The notes under the pieces are model-generated. The model was not told where the DNA came from. It saw only the letters and a list, made by a program, of their open reading frames with translations, and ran no database searches. 64,000 nt of DNA, from NCBI GenBank assembly GCA_041662245.1, contig JBAZSW010000001.1, positions 119,757 through 183,756 of the forward strand, read 5' to 3'. The translations under genes were made by a program, and so were the position numbers. Below, piece by piece: positions 10,095-18,784 of the stretch (position 1 is its first letter; the number at the start of each line of letters is the position of its first letter). This stretch comes from Parcubacteria group bacterium. Its GTDB lineage: Bacteria; Patescibacteriota; Minisyncoccia; Moranbacterales; UBA9337.

Positions 10095-11363
10095 ATGGGA
10101 TTTGTTTCAAAAATTTTATCTATTCAAAAAAAACTCGATTTAGTTCTGGCTTTAGATATTGGTACGGAAGTTATTAAAGCACTTATTTTTAAAGTGGATA
10201 GTGCTAATAACAAGGGAATAGTTGTGGGTGTAGGAAAAGTTAGGCAAGAATTAGGCAATATGCAAAGTGGGGCAGTTTCTGATATCGCGGGGGTAGTAAA
10301 AGTCGCCAGAGAAGCAATAGATATCGCCAAAGGAAAAGCAGGAATAAAAAATGTTAAGTACGCTATTGTCGGAATAGCTGGAGAGCTGGTTAAAGGAACA
10401 ACCACCACTGTCCATTATGAGAGAGCGAATTCAGATTTAAAAATAGGATTACCTGAATTGAATAATATTATTCAAAAAGTGCAACAAAAAGCTTATGAGA
10501 GAATTGGAGAACAAATTGCTTGGGAAACTGGACAGAGTAATATTGATATAAAATTAATTAACGCAGCAGTTTCGGATGTAAGGATTGATGGTTATCGAAT
10601 TAATAATCCATTGGGATTTCAAGGGCATAACGTTTCTATTAGTGTTTTTAATGCCTATGCTCCAACTATTCATTTAGGAGCTATTGAATCGATTGTTAAT
10701 GAGCTGGGGATAGATTTGGCTAGTATCGCAGCAGAACCTTATGCAGTGGCAAAATTAGTTGATTTTGAGGGAGATTTAAATTTTAATTCCATATTTATTG
10801 ATGTGGGAGGAGGAACGACTGATATTGCGGTGGTTAGAAATGGCGGGTTAGAAGGAACTAAAATGTTTGCTTTAGGGGGGAGAGCTTTTACCAAGAGATT
10901 GTCTCAAGAAGTAGGCGTGGATTTCGAAAGAGCAGAGAGATTAAAAATAAATTATTCTTTGGGAAAATTAAGCAAAATAGATACTGAAAAAGTGGAACGA
11001 ATATTTGAAGATGATTGCCAGATTTGGTTAAGTGGAATAGAATTAGCTCTATCGGAGTTTTCTCAAAGTGATCTTTTGCCCAATAAAATTTTAATGTGTG
11101 GAGGAGGATCTGGCTTGCCGGGGATAAAAAAATCACTTTTATCTAAAGAATGGCTAAATAAATTGGCTTTTGTTAACCCTCCTAAAATATCATTTTTGCG
11201 CCCTCAAGATGCGGCCAATATCATTGATAAAACGGGTGAATTGACTAGTACTCAGGATGTTACGCCGATGGGATTAGCGGGATTAGTTTTGGAATTATCC
11301 CAGGAAGAAAAAGTTTTGGCAGGAATTTTGAAAAGAGCTATGAATAAAGTAGACTACAAATAA
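10095..11363 (+). CDS. FtsA/PilM-family actin-like ATPase
   Basis: Actin-fold phosphate motifs LALDIGTEVIKALIF and FIDVGGGTTDIAVV. The 422-aa length fits FtsA. The downstream gene is not ftsZ, so FtsA versus PilM cannot be resolved. Confidence 0.55.
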   Translation: MGFVSKILSIQKKLDLVLALDIGTEVIKALIFKVDSANNKGIVVGVGKVRQELGNMQSGAVSDIAGVVKVAREAIDIAKGKAGIKNVKYAIVGIAGELVKGTTTTVHYERANSDLKIGLPELNNIIQKVQQKAYERIGEQIAWETGQSNIDIKLINAAVSDVRIDGYRINNPLGFQGHNVSISVFNAYAPTIHLGAIESIVNELGIDLASIAAEPYAVAKLVDFEGDLNFNSIFIDVGGGTTDIAVVRNGGLEGTKMFALGGRAFTKRLSQEVGVDFERAERLKINYSLGKLSKIDTEKVERIFEDDCQIWLSGIELALSEFSQSDLLPNKILMCGGGSGLPGIKKSLLSKEWLNKLAFVNPPKISFLRPQDAANIIDKTGELTSTQDVTPMGLAGLVLELSQEEKVLAGILKRAMNKVDYK

Positions 11364-11380
11364 TTTGTAAAAACATTAAT

Positions 11381-13168
11381 ATGCATCAAACTTTTTACAT
11401 TGATGTTGATGAAGAAGTAAATTCTGTCATTGGCAGAATTAGAAAATCAAATGCTAAATACAACATTTTAGTTGTTGCGCAAGGGGCTTTATTGATGCAA
11501 AGTTCAGTTAGTTTAAAATTGATAAAAAAAGAATCAGATATTTTAGATAAAAAAGTAATGATTGTGACCAAGGATGATAGAGCGGCTATTATTGCAAAAA
11601 AGATAGGTTTCCCAGTTAGAAGAAGTTTAGATGAAGTAAAGGAAATAAGCGCTAATCCTGTTTTAAAAAAACCAGACATCCAAATTGGTCGGGAAGCGGT
11701 TAATGAAAACAAAGTTAATGCAAAACCAGATTCAGATGAAATTTCAAATAAAAGAAATAGGTTGACTAATTTGGGTGCAGATAGTTTTATTGCTACTAAT
11801 GGAATAATTAAAAAAAATAATCTGGTTGAAAATAATAGAAGTTCTTTTTTGAAAAATAATTTGGATGATAGTAATAGAGAAAAAGTTGTTGTTAAGAATA
11901 ATAATTTATTGGAATCTCAAAATGATGGTTTTAAAGATCTTTTTACTGAATTTCCTGAACCAATCGTTACAGAAAAAAAACAAAAAACGTCAAATAAAAA
12001 TATGCTGAAATTTCTTTGGTTTTTTGTTGCAATTATCATGTTGCTTATTTTAGGTATTGCTGCTTACTTTTTTTTACCTAGCGCGGAAATTTCAGTTTTC
12101 CCTTTAAAAAGAGATGAGAATATAAGTCTGAAATTAAATATTTCAGAAGATGATAATGTCGTTGACCCTCAAGGAAATACGATTAATTTAAGAGGAAAAA
12201 TAATTGAAGATGAAGGCATCTTGTCTTTAACGTTTGATGCTACGGGACAAAAAGGAGGATCAGACCAAAAAGCTAAAGGAACAATTACCATTTATAATGA
12301 ATTTAGTGAAACCAGTCAAGTCTTGGTGGCGACGACGCGTTTACTGAGTGATAATGATAAACTTTTCAGATTGTTAAATACGGTGACTGTTCCAGGAATG
12401 ACAATCGTAGACGGTAAAGTGGAACCCGGAAAAATAGAAGCTGAGATTATAGCGGATGAATCAGGAACTGATTTTAATATTAAAGAAGCAACCCTTGCTA
12501 TTCCTGGTTTTAAGGGAAGTGCTAAATATGATAAATTTTATGCTAAATTAACTCAGGAAACAAAAGGTGGGGGAAGCAGTGGTGGAGATTTAAAAATGGT
12601 TTCTCGAAGTGATATTGAGAGCGCTAAATTTAAAACGGAAAATCAGTTAAAGAATCAATTGAAGGATAGTATTAAAAATAAGTCAGGCGAAGAGAATATT
12701 TTATTAGATAACGCTTTAATTTACGAGGTAACAGATTTTTCAGTTTTTCCAGAAGAAAGTTCAGTGACCGAAAGTTTTGAATATCAGGTTAAAATAAAAG
12801 TTAAATCTATTGTATTTTCTTCTGGAGATTTGGATGAGAAGATAACCACTTTTATTAATAGCAGTGTTATTAAAAAAGAGGTCCCTCTAAAATTAATTTC
12901 TTTTAGTAAAAATTATGGCAATGCCGATATAAATTTTGCCAAAGGAACAATAAATATGGAAATTAACGTTAATGCAAAATTACGTTCTCAAATTGATGCA
13001 GACAAGATTTCTAACAGTTTAGCTGGAAAAAGTAGGGATGAAATGAGCGGAATAATAAGCAATTATCCTCAAATAAGTAAAGCTGAGGCAATTATTTCTC
13101 CTAGTTTTATTTCAAACAGTTTCCCTAAATATCCTTCTAAAATAAAGGTTATAATTAGCGATAATTAA
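11381..13168 (+). CDS. Hypothetical membrane protein (595 aa): cytoplasmic N-domain, single TM, large extracytoplasmic domain
   Basis: TM helix FLWFFVAIIMLLILGIAAYFFL at roughly residue 210. No catalytic motif recognised. Confidence 0.45.
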   Translation: MHQTFYIDVDEEVNSVIGRIRKSNAKYNILVVAQGALLMQSSVSLKLIKKESDILDKKVMIVTKDDRAAIIAKKIGFPVRRSLDEVKEISANPVLKKPDIQIGREAVNENKVNAKPDSDEISNKRNRLTNLGADSFIATNGIIKKNNLVENNRSSFLKNNLDDSNREKVVVKNNNLLESQNDGFKDLFTEFPEPIVTEKKQKTSNKNMLKFLWFFVAIIMLLILGIAAYFFLPSAEISVFPLKRDENISLKLNISEDDNVVDPQGNTINLRGKIIEDEGILSLTFDATGQKGGSDQKAKGTITIYNEFSETSQVLVATTRLLSDNDKLFRLLNTVTVPGMTIVDGKVEPGKIEAEIIADESGTDFNIKEATLAIPGFKGSAKYDKFYAKLTQETKGGGSSGGDLKMVSRSDIESAKFKTENQLKNQLKDSIKNKSGEENILLDNALIYEVTDFSVFPEESSVTESFEYQVKIKVKSIVFSSGDLDEKITTFINSSVIKKEVPLKLISFSKNYGNADINFAKGTINMEINVNAKLRSQIDADKISNSLAGKSRDEMSGIISNYPQISKAEAIISPSFISNSFPKYPSKIKVIISDN

Positions 13169-13244
13169 ATCTTTCTTTAAAGTAGCTCTTCCAAAAAGTC
13201 TTTTGTTATGTAATAATAGTAAATACTACTTATAAAACAAAGAA

Positions 13245-15044
13245 ATGGGACAGGAAATAGAGATGATAAAATCCAAATTAAATATTGTTGATTTAATTGG
13301 AGAATATGTTCGTTTGCAAAAAGCTGGTAACAACTGGAAAGCTTGTTGCCCATTTCATAATGAAAAAACGCCCTCTTTTTCCGTTAGTGAAGATAAACAG
13401 GTGTGGCATTGTTTTGGTTGTGGGAAGGGGGGGGATATTTTTGGATTTTTAATGGAAATAGAAGGATTAAATTTCAGAGAGGCTCTTGAAAATTTGGCTC
13501 AAAAAACAGGAGTAGATTTGCCCAAATATGATAATCGAGGAAATAGCACAATTGAAGAAAAAAATAAAATTTGGGACATTTTAGAATTGGCTACACGTTT
13601 TTATGAAAAACAATTGCAGGAAGGAGAAGCGGGGAAAAATATTTTGAAATATTTAAAAGAAAGAGGATTGACGGAAGAAACAATTCGTGAATTTAGAATT
13701 GGATATGCTCCAGATGGCTGGAGGAATATCGTCAGTTTTTTGGTAAATAAAAATTATGATACTAAGGATATCCTAGGAACAGGATTGATTATTCAAAAAG
13801 ACGAAAAATCTTTAGGAAAAGAAAATTTTTATGATCGTTTCAGGGATCGAATAATGTTTCCTATAGCTAATGCAGCGGGAAAAATAATTGGTTATTCGGC
13901 CAGAGTTTCTCCTGGTGGAGATGAATCTCAAGCTAAATATATCAATACTCCCGAAACAGAAATTTATCATAAAAGTAATGTTTTGTACGGAATAGATAAA
14001 GCTAAAATGAGCGCAAAAGCAAAAGATTGGATGCTTTTGGTGGAGGGAAATATGGACGTAATTGCCTCGAGTCAAGCGGGAATAAAAAATACAGTGGCGG
14101 TTTCAGGCACAGCTCTTACGGGGGATCAATTAACTATTATTAAGAGATATACTAAAAATATTAAAATGTTTTTCGATATGGATGAGGCTGGACAGAAGGC
14201 AGCCAAAAGGAGTGCTCAATTAGCTTTTGAAAAAGAATTGAATGTTTCCATTGTGGCAATTGATGATGGTAAAGACGCGGCGGATGCAGTTAAAGAAAAT
14301 ATTCAAAAATTTATAAAATCAATTGACGAATCTTTGTCAGCTATGGAATATTTTATTAAAAAATCTTTGGAAAACAGAAATAAAAATAATATAGAAGATA
14401 AAAAGATTATTATTGAAGAACTCTCAAGTTTAATTAATAGTTTTTCTAATAAGGTGGAGGCAGCTCATTGGACGAAGGAACTTGCAGAAAAACTGAATAT
14501 TCCCGAGGGAATCTTAGCTGAAGAATTCGCAAAAAGAAAGTATGTTTCAAATATTACGAATGAACGTTATTCGAATTACAATGACTTAAATGAGGATAGA
14601 ATGAATTATAATAGAATTAAAGATATTCAGATTCAAATAATGGGGACTTTTATTAGCGAAGATGAACTTTGGAGGGAATCGATTGAAAAATATCGCGAGG
14701 AAATTGAAAAATATTTTACTAACGCCAAAATAGTGGATATCATTATGAACAAGGGAAAAATGTATAATTTTAATTTCGAAAAATTATTAGACGGATTGGA
14801 TAGTTTTGAGCAGAAGAAATTTTTGAGAGAACTGTATTTTAAGAATTGCGAAAAAAATGAAGAGTTGGTGTCTATAGAAGAAAAACGAAAAGTAGTTGCT
14901 CAATACTTTGTTGAGCTTAAGAAAGAAATTACTAGGGAAAAGAGTAATAGTATAGTAGAACAGATTAAGGAAGCAGAAAAAAGTGGTAACAGGGGGAAAC
15001 TGGAAGAATTGACAAAAGAATTGATGAGTTTAAATAAAATTTAA
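13245..15044 (+). CDS. dnaG: DNA primase DnaG
   Basis: CHC2 zinc finger CPFHNEKTPSFSVSEDKQVWHCFGCGKGGD. TOPRIM motifs LVEGNMDVIA and DMDEAGQKAA. Confidence 0.9.
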   Translation: MGQEIEMIKSKLNIVDLIGEYVRLQKAGNNWKACCPFHNEKTPSFSVSEDKQVWHCFGCGKGGDIFGFLMEIEGLNFREALENLAQKTGVDLPKYDNRGNSTIEEKNKIWDILELATRFYEKQLQEGEAGKNILKYLKERGLTEETIREFRIGYAPDGWRNIVSFLVNKNYDTKDILGTGLIIQKDEKSLGKENFYDRFRDRIMFPIANAAGKIIGYSARVSPGGDESQAKYINTPETEIYHKSNVLYGIDKAKMSAKAKDWMLLVEGNMDVIASSQAGIKNTVAVSGTALTGDQLTIIKRYTKNIKMFFDMDEAGQKAAKRSAQLAFEKELNVSIVAIDDGKDAADAVKENIQKFIKSIDESLSAMEYFIKKSLENRNKNNIEDKKIIIEELSSLINSFSNKVEAAHWTKELAEKLNIPEGILAEEFAKRKYVSNITNERYSNYNDLNEDRMNYNRIKDIQIQIMGTFISEDELWRESIEKYREEIEKYFTNAKIVDIIMNKGKMYNFNFEKLLDGLDSFEQKKFLRELYFKNCEKNEELVSIEEKRKVVAQYFVELKKEITREKSNSIVEQIKEAEKSGNRGKLEELTKELMSLNKI

Positions 15045-15188
15045 TTTTTTGTGGGGTATTGGAAATAATTTTGTTAGATTAATTGAATGAAGGGCATGCT
15101 TTTAATTCGAGACATAAAATGTTTGCAAATATTTGTTTTTATGCTAAAAATGATATAGAATACAGACATTAAAGGAAGCGCATTATTT

Positions 15189-16652
15189 GTGTCAGTTTTC
15201 TTTTGTTTTTTGGTTAAGAAATTTACTTTTAAAAAAATGGCTACAATTAAGAAAAAACTCAATAAAAAAAAGGCCCCAAAGAAAAAAAGGGTTATTTCTA
15301 AACTTTCTGGTAAGAAGATTTCAACAAAGAATAAAAGACTGACAAAAAAAGTTACTAAGAAATTTTTAAAAAAAGTCGCTAAGAAAAAAAATACTCCAAG
15401 GAGTACCAAAAAAATTGTGAAAAAAAATAAAAAAATATCAAAAAAGATAGTGAAGAAGGTCGTGAAAAAATCAGTAAAGAAGATAGTAAAAAAAGTAGCT
15501 AGGAAAAAAACAAAAAAAATAGTATCAACAAAAAAAGATAAAAAAGTCTTAAAACCGAAGGAAAAAATAATTAATGTTATTGATGATTTGGTTTTTCGAG
15601 GAAAGCAAAGAGGTTTTATAACTGAAGATGAGATTATCCACACCTTTCCTGATATGGAAAAAAACATAGAAGAATTGGAGGAACTCTATAGTAAATTGGA
15701 AATAGGGGGAGTGAGAATAATGAGTTCCGGTGAGGTGATAAAAAATGAAACAGATAAAATAGCAGAAAATTTTTCTGCTAGCAAAGCTAGTAAGAAAAAA
15801 GCTATAGAAGAATCAGAGCCAAACTATAATGATTCAGTCCAAATGTATTTGAGAGAAATCGGTAAAGTTCCACTTTTGAAATCGGATGATGAGGTAAGAT
15901 TGGCAAAATTGATTGAAAAAGGAGATATTCCTGCTAAGCAGAAGTTGACCGAATCTAATCTTCGTTTAGTGGTGAGTATTGCTAAAAAATATGTAGGAAG
16001 ATCCAATAATCTTTCTTTGTTGGATTTGATTCAAGAAGGTAACATTGGGCTATTTAAAGCAGTAGAAAAATTCGATTATCATAAGGGCTATAAATTTTCT
16101 ACTTATGCAACGTGGTGGATTCGCCAAGCGATAACTCGAGCGTTAGCCGATCAATCCCGAACTATTCGTATTCCTGTGCATATGGTAGAAACTATCAATA
16201 AATATACCCAGATTGTTAGACAACTGGTACAGGAATTAGGAAGAGAGCCATTGGCTGAAGAAATTGCGGCAGAAATGGATATGGAAGTAGATAAAATTAG
16301 ACATATCCAAAAGATTTCTCAAGAAACTGTTTCTCTAGAAACCTCTATCGGAGATAGTGATGACGATAGTGTTTTGGGAGATTTTATTGAAGATACAGAA
16401 ACAATTATGCCTGATCAAACTGCTTCTCGTACTTTGCTTAAAAGTCATGTGACGGAAATACTAGAAGAACTTAGTCCTCGAGAACAAAGAATTCTTAAGA
16501 TTCGTTTTGGGTTGGATGATGGTGTGACTCATACTCTTGAAGAGGTAGGACAAGAATTTGGAGTAACTCGCGAGCGTATCCGACAAATTGAAGCTAAAGC
16601 TTTGGATAAAATAAGAAATCAAAAAGGTCTCGGGAAATTAAGAGATTATTAA
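15189..16652 (+). CDS. rpoD: RNA polymerase sigma-70 factor RpoD with ~110-aa polybasic (KKxx-repeat) N-terminal extension
   Basis: Region 2 [13 protein letters not shown]. Region 4 [23 protein letters not shown]. The N-terminal ~110 aa are Lys-rich repeats ([15 protein letters not shown]...). The true start is probably the Met of MATIKKKL, near 15237. Confidence 0.85.
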   Translation: MSVFFCFLVKKFTFKKMATIKKKLNKKKAPKKKRVISKLSGKKISTKNKRLTKKVTKKFLKKVAKKKNTPRSTKKIVKKNKKISKKIVKKVVKKSVKKIVKKVARKKTKKIVSTKKDKKVLKPKEKIINVIDDLVFRGKQRGFITEDEIIHTFPDMEKNIEELEELYSKLEIGGVRIMSSGEVIKNETDKIAENFSASKASKKKAIEESEPNYNDSVQMYLREIGKVPLLKSDDEVRLAKLIEKGDIPAKQKLTESNLRLVVSIAKKYVGRSNNLSLLDLIQEGNIGLFKAVEKFDYHKGYKFSTYATWWIRQAITRALADQSRTIRIPVHMVETINKYTQIVRQLVQELGREPLAEEIAAEMDMEVDKIRHIQKISQETVSLETSIGDSDDDSVLGDFIEDTETIMPDQTASRTLLKSHVTEILEELSPREQRILKIRFGLDDGVTHTLEEVGQEFGVTRERIRQIEAKALDKIRNQKGLGKLRDY

Positions 16653-16679
16653 GTTTTAATTTTTTTAAAAAATAAAACC

Positions 16680-17042
16680 ATGGAAAATATAAGTTTTGAA
16701 AAATCTAAACCAACGGTAGTTGAATCTGGGAAAGATAAAGGTTTAGAATTAAGTGGTCCCAATAAAAGAATTATTGAGTTATCCAAAAAAGAGTTAGGAA
16801 AAATTTTGGGATTTGGTTTGAAAAGTATAGAGGAAGATGCAGAATTGATGGAGGTGGCTGGTAAAAATTTTTTGGAAAATGAAGGGGTTTTAGCTAATAA
16901 AATTATGGAATGGGATAAGGCTCTAAGTGATATTAATAAGGACGCGACAATTGTAGAGAGTATGCTAGCTAAAAATTTTGCCGATAGTATAGCTAATTTT
17001 ATTAAAGAGGAATCAAAACTAAAAAATAGGTTTAATAATTAA
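16680..17042 (+). CDS. Hypothetical protein (120 aa)
   Basis: ORF only. No motif recognised. Confidence 0.35.
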   Translation: MENISFEKSKPTVVESGKDKGLELSGPNKRIIELSKKELGKILGFGLKSIEEDAELMEVAGKNFLENEGVLANKIMEWDKALSDINKDATIVESMLAKNFADSIANFIKEESKLKNRFNN

Positions 17043-17046
17043 ACTC

Positions 17047-17074
17047 TTGATTTTTTATATAAATAATATATAAT
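17047..17074 (+). promoter_or_regulatory. Sigma-70-like promoter (TTGATT-16-TATAAT) upstream of the intron-containing tRNA
   Basis: TTGATT at 17047-17052 and TATAAT at 17069-17074 with a 16-nt spacer, about 85 nt upstream of tRNA position 1. Confidence 0.35.
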
Positions 17075-17193
17075 AGTCTTTGTTGGCTTTGGAATTGTAT
17101 TTTTTTAGTTTTTAAAATTGGGCTTAGTTTTTTACTAAGTCGAACATTAAAAATTATATTCCGCGATAGCTCAGTGGTAGAGCAGTTGGCTGT

Positions 17194-17758
17194 GAACACA
17201 ATCTTTTGTATAATTAATTTATATGAAAGATACAAGAAAATACACTGATCGTTCTGAATATTTAAAACAAGCTGTATCTAAAAGAAGAAAGAAAATAAGA
17301 GATATAGCAATTGAATATAAGGGCGATAAATGTTTTATCTGTGGTTATGACAAATGCAAAAATGCATTAGAATTTCATCATACCGACCCAGTGAAAAAAG
17401 AATTTGGATTATCTAAATCAGGATTAACTCGTAGCTGGGAACGTGTAAAAAATGAAATTGAGAAGTGTGTTTTAGTTTGTGCTAATTGCCATAGAGAATT
17501 ACATGACAAAAACGCAGCCCTCAGTAGAAATACTAAGGTGAAAATAAGGTGAATTGCTGGAAGTCTAAAATCTTTTTTCAGTGTAAAGATTACGATAATC
17601 AGCAGCCGAGCCCCGACGTGACGTCGAGGAAGGTTCAGAGACTATCCCTTCGGGGAGTACTTTCTCTTTAATTAGAGATGGGAAGCGCCTTATCTCATAA
17701 TCTTTTGTAAGAAATGAGAATGATATAGTCCACCCTTTTTGGAAACAAGAAGATAAGT
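17194..17758 (+). mobile_element. Group I self-splicing intron with HNH homing endonuclease ORF (ORF in P1 loop, catalytic core 17553-17758)
   Basis: Canonical group I core elements are present. R element GGTTCAGAGACTA is at 17631-17643. S element GATATAGTCC is at 17721-17730, forming P7 with AGACTA. The 5' exon ends in U and the intron ends with an omega-G. The HNH ORF is embedded upstream of the core. Confidence 0.75.
17223..17552 (+). CDS. HNH homing endonuclease (intron-encoded)
   Basis: Zinc-binding pairs CFICGYDKC and CANCHRELH. HNH motif EFHHTDP...N...H. The ORF lies inside the tRNA intron. Confidence 0.75.
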   Translation: MKDTRKYTDRSEYLKQAVSKRRKKIRDIAIEYKGDKCFICGYDKCKNALEFHHTDPVKKEFGLSKSGLTRSWERVKNEIEKCVLVCANCHRELHDKNAALSRNTKVKIR

Positions 17759-17792
17759 GTAACCAATTGGTCGGGGGTTCGAATCCCTCTCG

Positions 17793-18085
17793 CGGAGCAA
17801 ATTAAGAAAGATACCTGCAAAGGTATCTTTTTTAATTTGCTCCGCGAAGAAAGTGAATGGTTTCACTTTTGTGAGGGTTCGAAAGTCGGAGTGTTGTGTG
17901 AGTTTTTCTGTTTAGGCAGAAAAGGCAAACACCACGAGACGGGGTCGCGAAATTTTTACGTCAGGAAAAATATTTGTGACAGAATCCCTCTCGCGGAGCT
18001 GCGAAAAACTCAAAAAAGACTACCTTATCAGGATAATCTTTTTTTGTTTTGTATTTTTCCTAGGACCGTCCTAGAAATAGGTAGA
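17793..18085 (+). repeat. Direct repeat 1 (~290 bp) of island; begins at tRNA 3' end and contains a second copy of the tRNA 3' end (GAATCCCTCTCGCGGAGC at 17984-18001)
   Basis: Near-identical (~93%) to 22911-23203. It contains a terminator hairpin and an internal 18-nt duplicate of the tRNA T-loop/acceptor 3' strand. The ORF-track ORF 17837-18115 inside it is judged spurious. Confidence 0.8.
17807..17836 (+). terminator. Rho-independent terminator after tRNA 3' exon (inside direct repeat 1)
   Basis: Stem AAAGATACC / GGTATCTTT with loop TGCAAA, followed by a T-run. An identical hairpin lies in direct repeat 2 at 22921-22950. Confidence 0.6.
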
Positions 18086-18782
18086 AGTATGTATCTATTT
18101 ATGCTAAAATCATAACATATGAGCAGAAGAGAAAAAATAATTATAGGAGAGTATTATCATATTTTTAATCGTGGAGTGGAGAAGAGAAAAATATTTAATA
18201 ATAAAAATGATTATTTTCGTTTTTGCAATTCGATGATTTTTTTGAATACGGAAAAACCTTCTAAAATGTCTTTTGACAAATTTGATGATAATGAACGTCC
18301 TTCTGACAATGAGATGTTAGTAGATATTGTTGCGTACTGCTTAAATTCAAATCACTTTCATTGCATTTTAAAAGAGAAACGGGAAAATGGAATTGCGACT
18401 TTTATAAAAAAAGTTTGTACAAGTCATGCTATGTATTTTAATAAAAAATATGAAAGATCAGGAGTATTGTTTCAGGGAAGATTTAAATCGGTACATATAG
18501 ATTCAAATGATTTACTGTTGTATTTATCTGCCTATGTTAATTGCAATAGTCAGGTTCACAAAATAGAGGATGCTGAAAAATATCCTTGGTGTAGTTTTCC
18601 TGAGTATTTAGGCGGGCTTGGAATTGGATGTCAAAAGTCTATCATTCTCGATCAATTTAAAAGTTCAATTGATTATAAAACATTTTGTTTAGAAAAAGTT
18701 GATGGAATGATAAGTAGGAAGGATAATGAAAAATTATGTTTTGAATAGTCATAATTTCTAGGACCGTCCTAGCTAGTTAGTG
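18060..18782 (+). mobile_element. RayT/IS200-like HUH-Y1 transposase gene flanked by identical 15-bp perfect palindromes CTAGGACCGTCCTAG (REP/REPtron-like unit)
   Basis: Palindromes at 18060-18074 and 18768-18782 bracket the ORF at 18119-18748. A third copy lies at 23839-23853 and a degenerate copy in direct repeat 2 near 23176. Confidence 0.6.
18119..18748 (+). CDS. REP-associated tyrosine transposase RayT / IS200-like Y1 HUH transposase (COG1943-like)
   Basis: N-terminal YYHIFNRGVEKRKIFNNKNDYFRF matches the COG1943 pattern (YHV.NRGN.RQ.IF...D..F). HUH motif NHFHCIL. FQGRFKS. Catalytic Tyr region LYLSAYVNCN. Confidence 0.65.
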   Translation: MSRREKIIIGEYYHIFNRGVEKRKIFNNKNDYFRFCNSMIFLNTEKPSKMSFDKFDDNERPSDNEMLVDIVAYCLNSNHFHCILKEKRENGIATFIKKVCTSHAMYFNKKYERSGVLFQGRFKSVHIDSNDLLLYLSAYVNCNSQVHKIEDAEKYPWCSFPEYLGGLGIGCQKSIILDQFKSSIDYKTFCLEKVDGMISRKDNEKLCFE

Positions 18783-18784
18783 AA

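Larger units (their letters stand above)
17160..17796 (+). tRNA. tRNA (most likely Asn, anticodon GUU) interrupted in the anticodon loop by a 565-nt group I intron; exons 17160-17193 and 17759-17796; CCA not encoded
   Basis: The 5' exon (TCCGCGA UA GCUC AGUGGUA GAGC A GUUGG CUGU) gives acceptor and D arms. The 3' exon (UAA CCAAU UGGUC GGGGG UUCGAAU CCCUC UCGCGGA G) completes the anticodon stem, T arm and a perfect 7-bp acceptor stem (U1-A72, discriminator G73, as in E. coli tRNA-Asn). The joined loop is CU-GUU-AA. The intron IGS GCAGCC (17602-17607) pairs with the exon end GGCUGU through a U.G pair. The intron ends in G17758. Confidence 0.7.

Noticed and set aside
15074-15667. 197-aa Phe-rich ORF on the minus strand
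   Set aside because: It is antisense to the Lys-rich (AAA/AAG) N-terminal coding region of rpoD. The TTT/CTT codons of the mirror frame create an artefactual open frame. It has no RBS or independent signal.
17184-17200. Alternative reading of the split tRNA as His(GUG) with an intact CUGUGAA loop in the 5' half
   Set aside because: It would require the intron to sit after position 38 and the 3' exon to start directly at CCAAT. The intron would then end in A rather than G, with no IGS pairing. The GCAGCC IGS instead pairs with exon end GGCUGU, giving anticodon GUU with a U-ended 5' exon and an omega-G.
17837-18115. 92-aa ORF inside direct repeat 1, and the related 116-aa ORF at 22853-23203 inside direct repeat 2
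   Set aside because: Both lie entirely within the ~290-bp direct repeats and the terminator hairpin. The two copies differ in length because of frame-changing substitutions and have low coding character. I treat them as noncoding repeat sequence.
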